Shown here: piece after piece, positions 1-9,936 of the stretch
Position numbering within the stretch: position 1 is the stretch's first letter
Layout of the letters: every line of letters starts with the position of its first letter
Source: Octopus bimaculoides
Lineage: Eukaryota
Direction: 5' to 3'
DNA length: 33,061 nt
Assembly (NCBI RefSeq): GCF_001194135.2
Contig: NC_068987.1
Coordinates: 18,512,045 to 18,545,105, forward strand
Notes under the pieces: model-generated
Seen by the model: only the letters and a program-made list of their open reading frames with translations
Database searches by the model: none
Told to the model about the DNA's origin: nothing
Program-made: the position numbers and the translations under genes

Positions 1-14
1 ATTATTGGCCTTAT

Positions 15-175
15 AAAGAGGTAGTGAAGTGGCAGAATCGTTAGCACGCCGGGCAAAATGCTTAGCGGCATTGCTTCTGAGTTCAAATGCTGCAAAGGTC
101 AACTTAGCCTTTCATCTTTTCGGTGTCGATAAAATAAGTACCAGTTGAGTACTGGGATCAATCTAATGGACTTTT
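15..175 (+). mobile_element. tRNA-derived SINE, family A (my label); first unit of a tandem pair
   Basis: A-box-like TGGCAGAATCG, B-box-like GAGTTCAAAT, then GTCGATAAAATAAGTACCAG; clearly homologous to copies at 1008, 13238 and 14309. Confidence 0.8.
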
Positions 176-183
176 CCCATTAT

Positions 184-390
184 GAAGAGGGTGGTGAATT
201 AGCAGCAGAATCGTCAGAGCATCGGAAAAATTTCCTTGCGGTATTTACTTCGGTTCTTTTACGTTTTGAGACCAAAATCCCATCTAGATTAATTTTTGCC
301 TTTCATTCCCACCTCCAGGGTCGATAAAATAATGTACCAGTCAAGTAATGGAGTTGATGCAATCGATTAAGTTACTTCTCTCAAAACTGA
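184..390 (+). mobile_element. SINE family A, diverged second unit of tandem pair
   Basis: GCAGAATCGTCAGAGCATCGG...TTTACGTTTTGAG...GGGTCGATAAAATAATGTACCAGTC aligns with other family A copies. Confidence 0.7.
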
Positions 391-454
391 TAGTCAAGTG
401 CCTAAATCGGAAACAGTTATTAGCCTTGTGAAAGCTGTTTTGTTTTGATGCGTA

Positions 455-612
455 TTAGCTCCAGGCGAGGGCTAATCGAACAGACATATAATCGAAGGTA
501 CCCCAGCTTTGACCATCGCCAAACATTTTCTTCTTTTTAAGACGGCAAGCTGTGATTAGTCATGGATTTGATTACTATTTCTAGCAAGCTGAATGACCAC
601 ATACACGCTCCT
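455..612 (-). mobile_element. Interspersed repeat family F (unclassified, SINE-like), internally deleted
   Basis: Reverse complement (AAGGAGC..TATGTGGTCA..TGCTAGAAATAG..AATCACA..GTCTTAAAAAG..GATGGTCAAAGCTGG) aligns with 18886-19088 and 21849-22045. Confidence 0.6.
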
Positions 613-1007
613 TGGATAGGTGAAAGGAACGAGTATTTCCTGGATGAATGGTTCTTATCTAAATTCGAAATTTCAAGTTTCATTTTCTATATATATATGT
701 GACGTGTGCTAGCATGTATGTGTATGAGCACACCAATTTTTTCCATATTAAATTCCGATATAATCGGAATCTACACACTCTGAAAGGTATTTATAGAAAA
801 TTTCATAATAAATTACTCATTTTTCCATCTCGTGTAAATTTTGCGAAACCCCGTCACCCAACCATCGGAAAATTATTTTTAACTACATATTTCCATATAA
901 TCACAATTTATACCATCTGAAACATATTGGTAGAAAATTTCATTTAAAAATATCCATTTTTCTGGAAGTTATAAGACAACAAAGTCGCTCGGGTACACAT
1001 CTGTAGG

Positions 1008-1195
1008 AATGCCGGCAAAGAGCTTGGCAGGAGTTTCGTCTGTCTACGTTCTGAGTTCAAATTTCGCCGAGGTCGACTTTGCTTTTTATTCTTTCGGGGT
1101 GGATAAAATAAGTACCAGTCGAGCACTAGAGTAGATGTAATCGATTTGCGAACTCCCGCGAACTTGCTGGCCTTGTGCCAAAATTTGAAATGAAT
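1008..1195 (+). mobile_element. SINE family A, 5'-truncated
   Basis: TTTCGTCTGTCTACGTTCTGAGTTCAAATTTCGCCGAGGTCGACTTTGC...GCCTTGTGCCAAAATTTGAAA. Confidence 0.8.
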
Positions 1196-1635
1196 ATTAA
1201 TGCAGTGGTACCTTGACTTAGGAGTTTAATTCGTTTCGTGACGGAGCTCGTAACTCAAGTTACTCGTATGTCAAATCGAATTTCCTCATTGAAATGAACT
1301 GAAATGTCATTAATCCGTTCGGCGCCCCCACCACAGACACACACACACAAAAAAAAAAACACTGCAATTTTTTTGTTTGTGTTTTTAAATAAGAAAAATG
1401 TATTTATAATTAACGAATATTGTGTAAAAAAAAAAAGAAACAATACAATGGAATGTAATGCAATAAACTGTTTTTTTTTTTTCTAAGTATAATGTACAGC
1501 ATTTACCTTGGAGATCAGACGACTTGAAGATGCTGACGGAGGTGGAGGAGAAAGGCTGAACTGAGTAACTGAATCTTATTCGCTGATTTTTGCCTTTTTC
1601 GCTACTCTTTCCTCAATTTCATCTGCAGGAGTTTT

Positions 1636-2796
1636 CTATAAAAACCTGTCTAATAAGGTCGGTTTCATCCTCACTTTCAGAGTGTTTCTGAAATGCGTTA
1701 GGTAAGTGCCATTAAATAGCGCCGTCGCACGCCCAGTTGCAACTTTTTCTGGGTGTTTCTTTTGAATAAAGTCTGAAAGCTTCTCCCACATTCCCAACAT
1801 TTCCTTTATCGCACTGGTAGAGATAATCTCCTCTGTCTCCTCCATATCACTTATTTCCTGCAAAACCTCCATGTGCTGCTGCGTCTGTAGCTCCTTTAGC
1901 TCTTCCATTGTAAGTTCCTCGGAGTGCTCCTCGTTAAGCGCATTCGTGTCACCTTTATCCCTGTCCAGGCCAATGGACATGCCGAGGGATACAATTTCCT
2001 CCACCACTGCCGCCTCGGGTTCGGATCTTTCAAAGTCCGTTTCAGACACCACCTCAGGCTACAGCTTTTCCACGTAGAAGTCAAGGTCCTCTTTGTAACA
2101 CCGTGCCAGGCCATACCGATAATTCTGAATCATATCACGATGTTACAGTGGTCCTTCAAGAACTCTCGAAGGGTGAGGTTTGTGCTCTCCGTCACCTCAA
2201 AGCAGAGGCAGAACAGGTGCTTGAAGAACTTCTTGAAATTAAAAATCTCCTGCTGGTCCATGGGCTGCAGGATAGGGGTGGTGTTGGGTAGAAGGTAGAG
2301 AACCTTTATAAACGTGAACCCTTCAAGGGTGTCATCTTCTATGTTAGGTGGGTGAGCAGGTGCATTGTCCAGGACGAGAAATGGATGCAGGGGTAGGTTA
2401 TTTTTCTGGAGATATTCTTAACATCAAGACCAAAGACCAAATTCACCCACTCCACAAAGAGCTTCTTGGTGACCCATGCCCTTGTATTTGACCTCCACAT
2501 AACCTGCATTTTTTTTTTCAGAATGTGACNNNNNNNNNNNNNNNNNNNNNNNNNNNNNNNNNNNNNNNNNNNNNNNNNNNNNNNNNNNNNNNNNNNNNNN
2601 NNNNNNNNNNNNNNNNNNNNNNNNNNNNNNNNNNNNNNNNNNNNNNNNNNNNNNNNNNNNNNNNNNNNNNNNNNNNNNTCCTCTTTGGACTGTCTCGTCA
2701 CAATTGAAGACTTACTGGGGGATGTATCCTTCGACTGCAACAATTCCGGCAAAAGTTGAGGTAATCCTCAGCTACGTTCGTTTTCTTCGGACTCAT
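1636..2796 (-). pseudogene. Tigger/TIGD1-like DDE transposase pseudogene (frameshifts, stops, internal deletion, gap)
   Basis: Manual translation across frames: MSPKK start (ATG at 2796), EGYIPQ*VFNCDET, VMWRSNTRAWVTKKLFVEWVNLVFG, VLDNAPAHP, LPNTTPILQPMDQ (36 residues between 2nd and 3rd D), C-terminal EEHSEELTMEELKELQ...LDRFL. Confidence 0.9.
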
Positions 2797-2901
2797 GGTT
2801 GGAAGTTTTGCAAAATAACTGCAAGCACAATTGCGAGCACAAAACTTATGCTTCTGAAGCCTGCAACAACTAAATAAGCATTTTACCACCCGTCTAGATA
2901 A

Positions 2902-3006
2902 CGATCCACTAACGATCTTTGCACTTGCTAACGCGCATGTCTGTCTAGCTATCGATCTACTAATGATCTTCGCACGTGCTAACGTGCATATCTGTCTAGC
3001 TATCGA
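2902..3006. repeat. 51-bp tandem duplication in the 5' non-coding part of the Tigger element
   Basis: CGATCCACTAACGATCTTTGCACTTGCTAACGCGCATGTCTGTCTAGCTAT followed by CGATCTACTAATGATCTTCGCACGTGCTAACGTGCATATCTGTCTAGCTAT. Confidence 0.9.
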
Positions 3007-3569
3007 GTGAGACACGGGATGATGGGCAGGTTTCACGACGTTCACTGTGGCGTTCCATCCTTGAATTCATATATATATATATATTATATACACTGATATT
3101 TTAAATTAAGGTTGTTTTCGAATGTGTATTACAGTGATACCTTGACTTACGAGTGTCCCGACTAACGAGTTTTTCGAGATACGAGCCGTTTCTCGGCCGA
3201 TTTTTTGCTTTGAGTTGCTAGCAAAACATTCGGGTTACGAGCATTAGCTGTAATATTTTAAAACAGAGAAACATCTCAAGGAGACTTATGTTATTTTAAA
3301 TGTTATTATATACATCGGTATTTTAGGCTGCAAAGTTATTTTCTCCAATAACTAAGACAAATTAGGCACTCAAAATAGAGGTGCATTTTATATGGTCGCA
3401 TATTACAACACAATTAGTTATTGTTTGAATTCCACCTTCCGTTTGACGAACATGAGTTTAGTTTGTTTCGTAGCAGTGGGAGTAGATTTTCAACAACAAA
3501 CGTGGCTCCCATCCACCTTTCACTGAGAAAGCTGACACAGATGCTGTAAATAATTATTCCTCGCATTAG

Positions 3570-3620
3570 GACGACGACGATGACAGTAACGATGGTGATG
3601 ATGATGATGATGATGATGAT
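3570..3620. repeat. (GAC/GAT)n microsatellite
   Basis: Seen directly. Confidence 0.95.
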
Positions 3621-4116
3621 AATGTGAATCGCAACAGAGTTTAAACAGCGTCGATGAATGTCACAAGAGCAACGAGGAAGAATCTACACGCTTGCTCGAC
3701 CTATTCACACTGTAATGGCCTTTAAAATAGGAATGGCATATTAGATATTAATACGGCTACGAATTTGGACAAGTGGTTCATACAGCTCGTATTTTGATAA
3801 GAGTGTTCATTAGATTAATGGACATTCTGTGTAGGCCACCCACAATTCCAGATAGTTGGTTACACAGACTACGGGTTTTGTCATTTGAAACGGTCAACCT
3901 AGATAGAACTGCAGTAGTAGTGATCCGATTACTGGAAGCTAAACGCGTCGCATCCGGCACACAAAGCCTATAGTAAGTAACAAGATTAGTAAACCATAGT
4001 GAAACGGAAATTGGTAAGCGCTATTATAGATAATAAATAGCGGGTGGAGTTAAATCGGAACATAACAGTAGTTAGTAGCATAGTTTTTCTTTTCATTTTT
4101 GTTTTTTCTTTCATAG

Positions 4117-4175
4117 GTGCTGTGTAGTAAGAAGTTTACTTCCCATTCATATGGTTACGGGTTCATCCTCTAACC
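4117..4175 (+). mobile_element. SINE family B head fragment, old
   Basis: GCTGTGTAGTAAGAAGTTTACTTCCCA..CATATGGTTACGGGTTCA resembles the B head GGCTGTGTGGTAAGTAGCTTGCTTACCAACCACATGGTTCCGGGTTCA. Confidence 0.55.
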
Positions 4176-4614
4176 AGTCTCAAAGGCCCTGTCCGGGATC
4201 ATGTGCACAGCCTTACATCCTGACTATAAGATTTTCTTTTTAAATCTGTCGCAGATCGTATGGTCATATAGTTGTTCCCTCGTTGGCTCATGGCTAATGA
4301 CAAGAAAATATGAGATTGGAGGTGGGGGAAAATGGAGAGGGAACGGAAAAAAAATTAAAAAAACAGAGAGAAAAATCTGTAGGAATTAACGGTTCACTGT
4401 TTGGTGTTGACTATCGGAAAAAAAGTACTCAATACCATAGTAGTGATGAATAATATATTTTATTCTGGTCGGGTCGGTCTCTTGCTACTGTGGCTTTTGC
4501 CTGTTGGTACATAATCCAAGCAACTTATGACAAGCTAGTTATCACGTACCTGAAGACCCTGTACACTCACAAGCGAAACTTAAAGTAGCAAGAGACTAAC
4601 TCAAACTAAATTAC

Positions 4615-4690
4615 GTATGTATGTATGCATGTATGTGTGTGCACGTATGTGTGTGTGTGTGCGAGAGAGAGAGAGAGAGAGAGAGAGAGT
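4615..4690. repeat. Compound (TGTA)/(TG)/(GA) microsatellite
   Basis: Seen directly. Confidence 0.95.
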
Positions 4691-6194
4691 ATGTGAGTCT
4701 AGTTTTATGGCAATTTCAATATTTTATCGCGTGTTTAAATTGCAATAAAAGCCTCGACTCCACCCTGTTTTATTACAGTACCATGAATGGTTNNNNNNNN
4801 NNCGTGTGAACTAATTTTGGAAATAGGATTTAAATATCGCGCCAAAATATGATTTTGTTGTTGGTGTTGCTGTTAGTGCTGCGGGAGCAGCGCTGGATTA
4901 ACCATTAAGCAAAATAAGCCTATACTTAGGACTTCGAGGGAAGTGGGGGGAAGGGAGGCACCAAAGAAATGGTAAATGATTTACGGCAAGAAAGAAAATC
5001 ACTCTCAACTGGCTAAAATAATATCCGAAGTGGTTTATATGATCGGAAATATAATTAATATAAAGTTAAAGAAGCGATTTTAAATTCTCAGACGCAGGAT
5101 AATGCTAATAATATAGCCTGAACAGGATAAACTACCCCTATTTAGCAGAAAAAAAAGTGTGGGCGGCGAGCCTATAATTTCGAAATGTTCATGGTCAATG
5201 TCCCGGGAACGAAATTTACTTAGGGGATGCAAACTCAGGTCCACAGTTTTTAACAAACGAAGCTGATTTTTTTTCCAATCTTAATATCAAAACAAACACA
5301 GGTATAATAATGTCTTTTATTATTATATATGGAAAACCAATGCTTCAAATCATTTCAATTTTTTTTTTTATTCCCGCTCATTTTGGCAATGAAGTTTTCC
5401 AAGAGGATGTCAAAAGTATTTTCATTGCACAAGTTTTTATGTGCATACATTAACATATCTTTTAATCCAATCTGTTGTCGCCAAATTAACTCGATTTTCT
5501 AGAGGGGAGATAACCCAATTTTTAAATGGCAATTTTTTAATGGGGGTGCGATAACCAAAATGTACCAAAGTCTGTACCAACACTGCCCTGCCACTGTAGG
5601 GTATGTTTCTACTGTAAATTTGGTGGTAGTTTGGTGTCATACTTTTCCTAGTGCATCGAGTCCCTGGAAAATGAATAAAGGAACAGTCACACATCAGATA
5701 TAATCTTTCGTGTTTCGAATAACAACAGATTTTAGGATTCCGGGTTACATGTGTAGAAGTTATTAAGTGTGATTTAGCACTTAGTGATGGTGGTGGTGGT
5801 AGTGGTGGTGTAGGATATGTGGTTTGGAGTTGGCTGGTATTATTTGTACGAATTGTGCGTCTTGTCCTAGGTAAATGGGTGAAGTTACAGTCACTGCGTA
5901 TGCATAGTCACTCGCATTGAGAATAGCGGCATGTTTTTGGATTCCGTGTGTGTTCATAATTTTATTTCATTTACAGTTGGCACATTTATCACGGTGCTGT
6001 GAGGTATACAATCAGATTGAGGTGGACAGTGGGGGAAAGAAAGGAGTAATTCTTCACTAATTGGAATAGTAGCTGTAGTAATGGCAGTGTAGTGAAACTA
6101 CCTCCCGCCATTAGATACAAAACTACTATCGCCATTACATACAATCTTCTCATTTAAATATAAATAAATGCGAGCGTAGTAGAGAACCCATTCC

Positions 6195-6380
6195 TTGTCA
6201 TCACGTGACTGATCATTATTCGAATCGGCAACTTCTTCGAACCGTTCCCGCCAGAACGCAAACTGACCAATCACAGCCCCTAATAAGGTCACGTGATAGA
6301 GTAAAATTCTGAAGCCATTGGGAGCCCATAGTTTGTTATAAATAGCTTTAACTCATACCCAATAATTTGTCTCGGTCCAG
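6195..6380 (+). promoter_or_regulatory. Candidate Pol II promoter: two inverted GTCACGTGAT E-boxes, E2F-like site, CCAAT box, TATA box
   Basis: ATCACGTGAC 6200-6209; TTCCCGCC 6245-6252; GACCAATCA with CCAAT at 6267-6271; GTCACGTGAT 6288-6297; TATAAATA 6337-6344; CpG-rich context. Motifs only, no expression data. Confidence 0.5.
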
Positions 6381-7384
6381 TTTCTCTTTGAGAACTGTTC
6401 CGTGTACCACACGACAGCAGCAGCAGTTCCAGCGACCACTTCAACAGCTTNNNNNNNNNNNNNNNNNNNNNNNNNNNNNNNNNNNNNNNNNNNNNNNNNN
6501 NNNNNNNNNNNNNNNNNNNNNNNNNNNNNNNNNNNNNNNNNNNNNNNNNNNNNNNNNNNNNNNNNNNNNNNNNNNNNNNNNNNNNNNNNNNNNNNNNNNN
6601 NNNNNNNNNNNNNNNNNNNNNNNNNNNNNNNNNNNNNNNNNNNNNNNNNNNNNNNNNNNNNNNNNNNNNNNNNNNNNNNNNNNNNNNNNNNNNNNNNNNN
6701 NNNNNNNNNNNNNNNNNNNNNNNNNNNNNNNNNNNNNNNNNNNNNNNNNNNNNNNNNNNNNNNNNNNNNNNNNNNNNNNNNNNNNNNNNNNNNNNNNNNN
6801 NNNNNNNNNNNNNNNNNNNNNNNNNNNNNNNNNNNNNNNNNNNNNNNNNNNNNNNNNNNNNNNNNNNNNNNNNNNNNNNNNNNNNNNNNNNNNNNNNNNN
6901 NNNNNNNNNNNNNNNNNNNNNNNNNNNNNNNNNNNNNNNNNNNNNNNNNNNNNNNNNNNNNNNNNNNNNNNNNNNNNNNNNNNNNNNNNNNNNNNNNNNN
7001 NNNNNNNNNNNNNNNNNNNNNNNNNNNATAATTGCTCACGTGTTATTGACTCTCTTTCTATCTGCTGTAAACACTCATACACACATGTATCACTCACATA
7101 CACACTTTTCTTTGTATGACGGCCTGTCTTTGATTATGTTCTTATATGTCGCATTCACACTCTCACACAGACATACATCTTTAACGCTACAATAAATATC
7201 TCTGTTATTCATCTAATACGGTTGTGGTCTTTCATTACTGGTCATCTATGTTATCGTCGCATAACATATCATCTATATCATCATCGATATATAATTGTGT
7301 GTTCGACCGTGTGACACGTTTAAATAAAAGGAGTCCTCTGTTTTTCCATTCGTCACCATTGCTCCTTTTTGAGTTCGCACGGTC

Positions 7385-7877
7385 TTCCCTTACAGCAGTA
7401 ATAGTAGAATAGGACGACAAATGTGATGATGGATCTCTTGTGTTATTCTGAGAAGAATTTTAGAGGCTTGACTGTGGAGAAAAGCTAGGGACTGCGTTGT
7501 TTAACAGGTCATCAATTGTTCTAGTATTGAAGAGTGACTTCCAGTGTTGATCTTGTTGTTGTTGCTATTGTCTAGTTGTGTGTGATAAGAGTAGTAGCAG
7601 TAGAACATGATGACAATGATGATGAAGGGCCACTTGTGACATTCCGAGAAAACGAGGAAGAGGATAACTGTGAAGGGCTCTTGGTTGTGGAGTTTAATAG
7701 GTCATCAATTGTTCGAGTATTGAAGAGTGACTTCCACTCTTTTACTCTTTTACTTGTTTCAGTCATCTGACTGTGGCCATGCTGGAGCNNNNNNNNNNNN
7801 NNNNNNNNNNNNNNNNNNNNNNNNNNNNNNNNNNNNNNNNNNNNNNNNNNNNNNNNNNNNNNNNNNNNNNNNNNNNN

Positions 7878-7912
<35 letters not shown>

Positions 7913-8295
7913 TACGACGGGCTTCTTTCAGTTTCCGTCTACCAAATCCACTCACAAGGCTTTGGTCGGCCCGAGGCTATAGTAGAAGACACTTGCCCAA
8001 GGTGCCACGCAGTGGGACTGAACCCGGAACCATGTGGTTGGTAAGCAAGCTACTTACCACACAGCCACTCCTACGCCTAAATATTTACAAAAACACACAC
8101 GTATATGTGTGTGTGTGTTGATCTTGTTGTTGTTGCTATTGTCTAGTTGTGTGTGATAAGAGTAGTAGCAGTAGAACATGATGACAATGATGATGAAGGG
8201 TCATTCGTGGCATTCCGAGAAAATGAGGAAGAGGATAACTGAACTGTGAAGGGCTCTTGGTTGTGGAGTTTAATAGGTCATCAATTGTGCTAGTA
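7385..8295. repeat. Three-unit ~190-bp tandem repeat interrupted by a SINE
   Basis: Units ~7385-7545 (diverged), 7546-7738 and 8117-8295; GTCATCAATTGT recurs at 7508, 7701 and ~8277; units 2 and 3 are nearly identical over ~170 bp. Confidence 0.85.
7741..8078 (-). mobile_element. SINE family B (tRNA-like head, internal (TA)n, tail 1), low divergence, spans a gap
   Basis: Reverse complement gives A-box TGGCTGTGTGG, B-box GGTTCAGTCCC, ACCTTGGGCAAGTGTCTT, GGAAACTGAAAGAAGCCCGTCG; tail end GCTCCAGCATGGCCACAGTC..TGACTGAAACAAGTAAAAGAG at 7741-7788. Confidence 0.9.
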
Positions 8296-8490
8296 TATGA
8301 TTTTAATTTTGTTGAGGAAGCTTCAGGTTAGTAATATATCTTTCTAGGGATTGGGGGAAGAGGTAGGGGGTTCTTTTCATTTATTTTATTTCACATATGT
8401 AACCCTGATCTTTCCTACTTCAACCCGTAACTCTTGTATATATGTGGTATAAGATAAAACTTACTTGGAGACAGTGCGTGGCGTTCGATC

Positions 8491-8858
8491 ATATTATAAC
8501 ATAAATAATATATAATTATATGCATATATCCATATATATATGTACATACTGACATCTATANNNNNNNNNNTGCATATATCCATATATATATGTACATACT
8601 GACATCTATATGTATATATACATGCATATATGGGTACAGGACATCACAAAAAACGTTAAACACATGAGAAACGAAAACATAAAGACAAGGACAAAAGTTC
8701 ATTTTCTGTCTTCGTCTTTCTGTTTTCGTTTCTCATTGTGTTTAAGGTTTTTTGATGTCCTGTACCCATATATGCTTGTATGTATACATATAGATGTCGG
8801 TATGTACATATATATATGGATATATGCATATAATTATATATTATTTATGTTATTATAT
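8491..8858. repeat. Long near-perfect inverted repeat (~157-bp arms, ~5-nt spacer)
   Basis: Left arm ...GCATATATGGGTACAGGACATCACAAAAAACGTTAAACACATGAGAAACGAAAACA; right arm TGTTTTCGTTTCTCATTGTGTTTAAGGTTTTTTGATGTCCTGTACCCATATATGC; pairing extends out to 8491/8858. Confidence 0.9.
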
Positions 8859-8859
8859 G

Positions 8860-9375
8860 TATGTATACACACACACACACGCATACACACACATGCACAA
8901 ACACATACACACACAACACACAAAGACATGCACACACACATATATACACATATGTACATACACGCACGCACACGCACGCACACACATACATACACTTCCA
9001 CATTCATATGCACATACATACACCCATCCCCGCACTCACTCACGTACATACACACATATTTCCCCACACGCACACACAAACAGACACACATACGAATACA
9101 GAGATAGAGAGACATACAGAGCGGAACACACACACGCACACATACACATCTCCACACACACAAATACACCACATACACACAGTTACCACCACATGCACAC
9201 ACGCACCCAGCTATTGCCACACACACATGCTACCTACACACATACGGTATCTCACACGCCACCACAACCACACGCACACACACACACAGTTACTGCCACA
9301 CACACACACACTCAGTTACTGCCACGCACATACGCTACTATGCACACACATGCTATCACACACACATACACACAG
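8860..9375. repeat. Degenerate CA-rich microsatellite tract
   Basis: Seen directly; source of spurious HT/CV-rich ORFs. Confidence 0.95.
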
Positions 9376-9655
9376 ATACCAACTATTCTTCACACTCTCC
9401 TGTCCCAAAAAGCACTTTCTCTTAGTACATCTTCTTCCGGTCATTCCAAAATGTAACTACACACGGACTACTTTTCTTCCTTTTCTTTTTGGGCGTTCCT
9501 GTGTCTCCTGTTCCCGAAGAAGAGCTTTGCTCGAAATGTAAAACAATCACTCTTTCTTACCTTCCCTGTGCATCTTATTAATACTTTGCATGTACCAAGT
9601 CCTCGCGTTGTTGTTTTTCTCTTGTCGTTTTGTACGTTTTTTTATTAATTATATA
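9376..9655 (+). mobile_element. Probable terminal repeat (pseudo-LTR) of a Penelope-like retroelement
   Basis: Pyrimidine-rich segment containing a minimal hammerhead motif, ending in a T-rich tract that runs into (TG)n and flanked by microsatellites. No RT or GIY-YIG coding sequence seen, so the family call is an inference. Confidence 0.55.
9509..9545 (+). ncRNA. Decayed minimal type I hammerhead ribozyme
   Basis: TGTTC-CCGAAGA-A-GAGC.TTT.GCTC-GAA-ATGT-A-AAACA = stem I 5' strand / CUGANGA core (U4->C) / extra A / 4-bp stem II / GAA / ACGU-type stem III (C->T at CpG) / cleavage base / stem I 3' strand (4 of 5 pairs). Confidence 0.65.
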
Positions 9656-9714
9656 TGTGTATGTGTGTGTGTGTGTGTGTGTGCGTGTGTGTGTGTGTGT
9701 ATCTATGTATGTGT

Positions 9715-9933
9715 GTGTCTTTGTGTCTGTGTTTGTCCCCGCCATCGCCGCTTGACAACCGGTATTGGTGTGTTTTCGTCCCCGTAACTTAGGGTTTCGG
9801 CAAAGAGACCGATAGAATAAGTGCTAGGCTTAAAAAACAATGACTCCTGACGGGTCAATTTGTACGACTAAAACCCTTGAAGGTGGTGCCCCAGCATGGC
9901 GACAGTCCAATGACTGAAACAGGTAAAAGAATA
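9715..9933 (+). mobile_element. SINE family B tail 1 without head, preceded by (TG)n (9656-9715) and followed by (TAAA)n (9938-9967)
   Basis: CTTGACAACCGG..CCCCGTAACTTAG..GACCGATAGAATAAGT..CCAGCATGGC..TGACTGAAACAGGTAAAAGA. Confidence 0.85.
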
Positions 9934-9936
9934 ACA

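Larger units (their letters stand above)
1203..3242 (-). mobile_element. Decayed Tigger/pogo-type DNA transposon (Tc1/mariner superfamily)
   Basis: 23-bp terminal motif CAGTGGTACCTTGACTTAGGAGT (1203-1225) and CAGTGATACCTTGACTTACGAGT (3132-3154), 21/23 identical; TA at 3130-3131; transposase remnants lie between them. Confidence 0.85.

Noticed and set aside
6225-6260. GAA/TTC clusters as a heat-shock element
   Set aside because: Spacing is 3 nt or 0 nt, not the nGAAnnTTCn register
6353-7119. Long ORFs spanning N-gaps (also 10448-10987, 20397-21401, 29221-29642)
   Set aside because: Open only because N contains no stop codons
7915-8078. tRNA-like A and B boxes in SINE heads as possible tRNA genes
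   Set aside because: No complete cloverleaf or acceptor stem; they continue into SINE bodies. No true tRNA or rRNA gene was found
8521-8610. 40-bp direct repeat around a 10-N gap
   Set aside because: Exact duplication on both sides of a fixed-size gap is the signature of unmerged overlapping contig ends
8610-9541. Long ORFs rich in H/T/C/V (165-226 aa)
   Set aside because: Translations of CA/TG microsatellite; no coding signal
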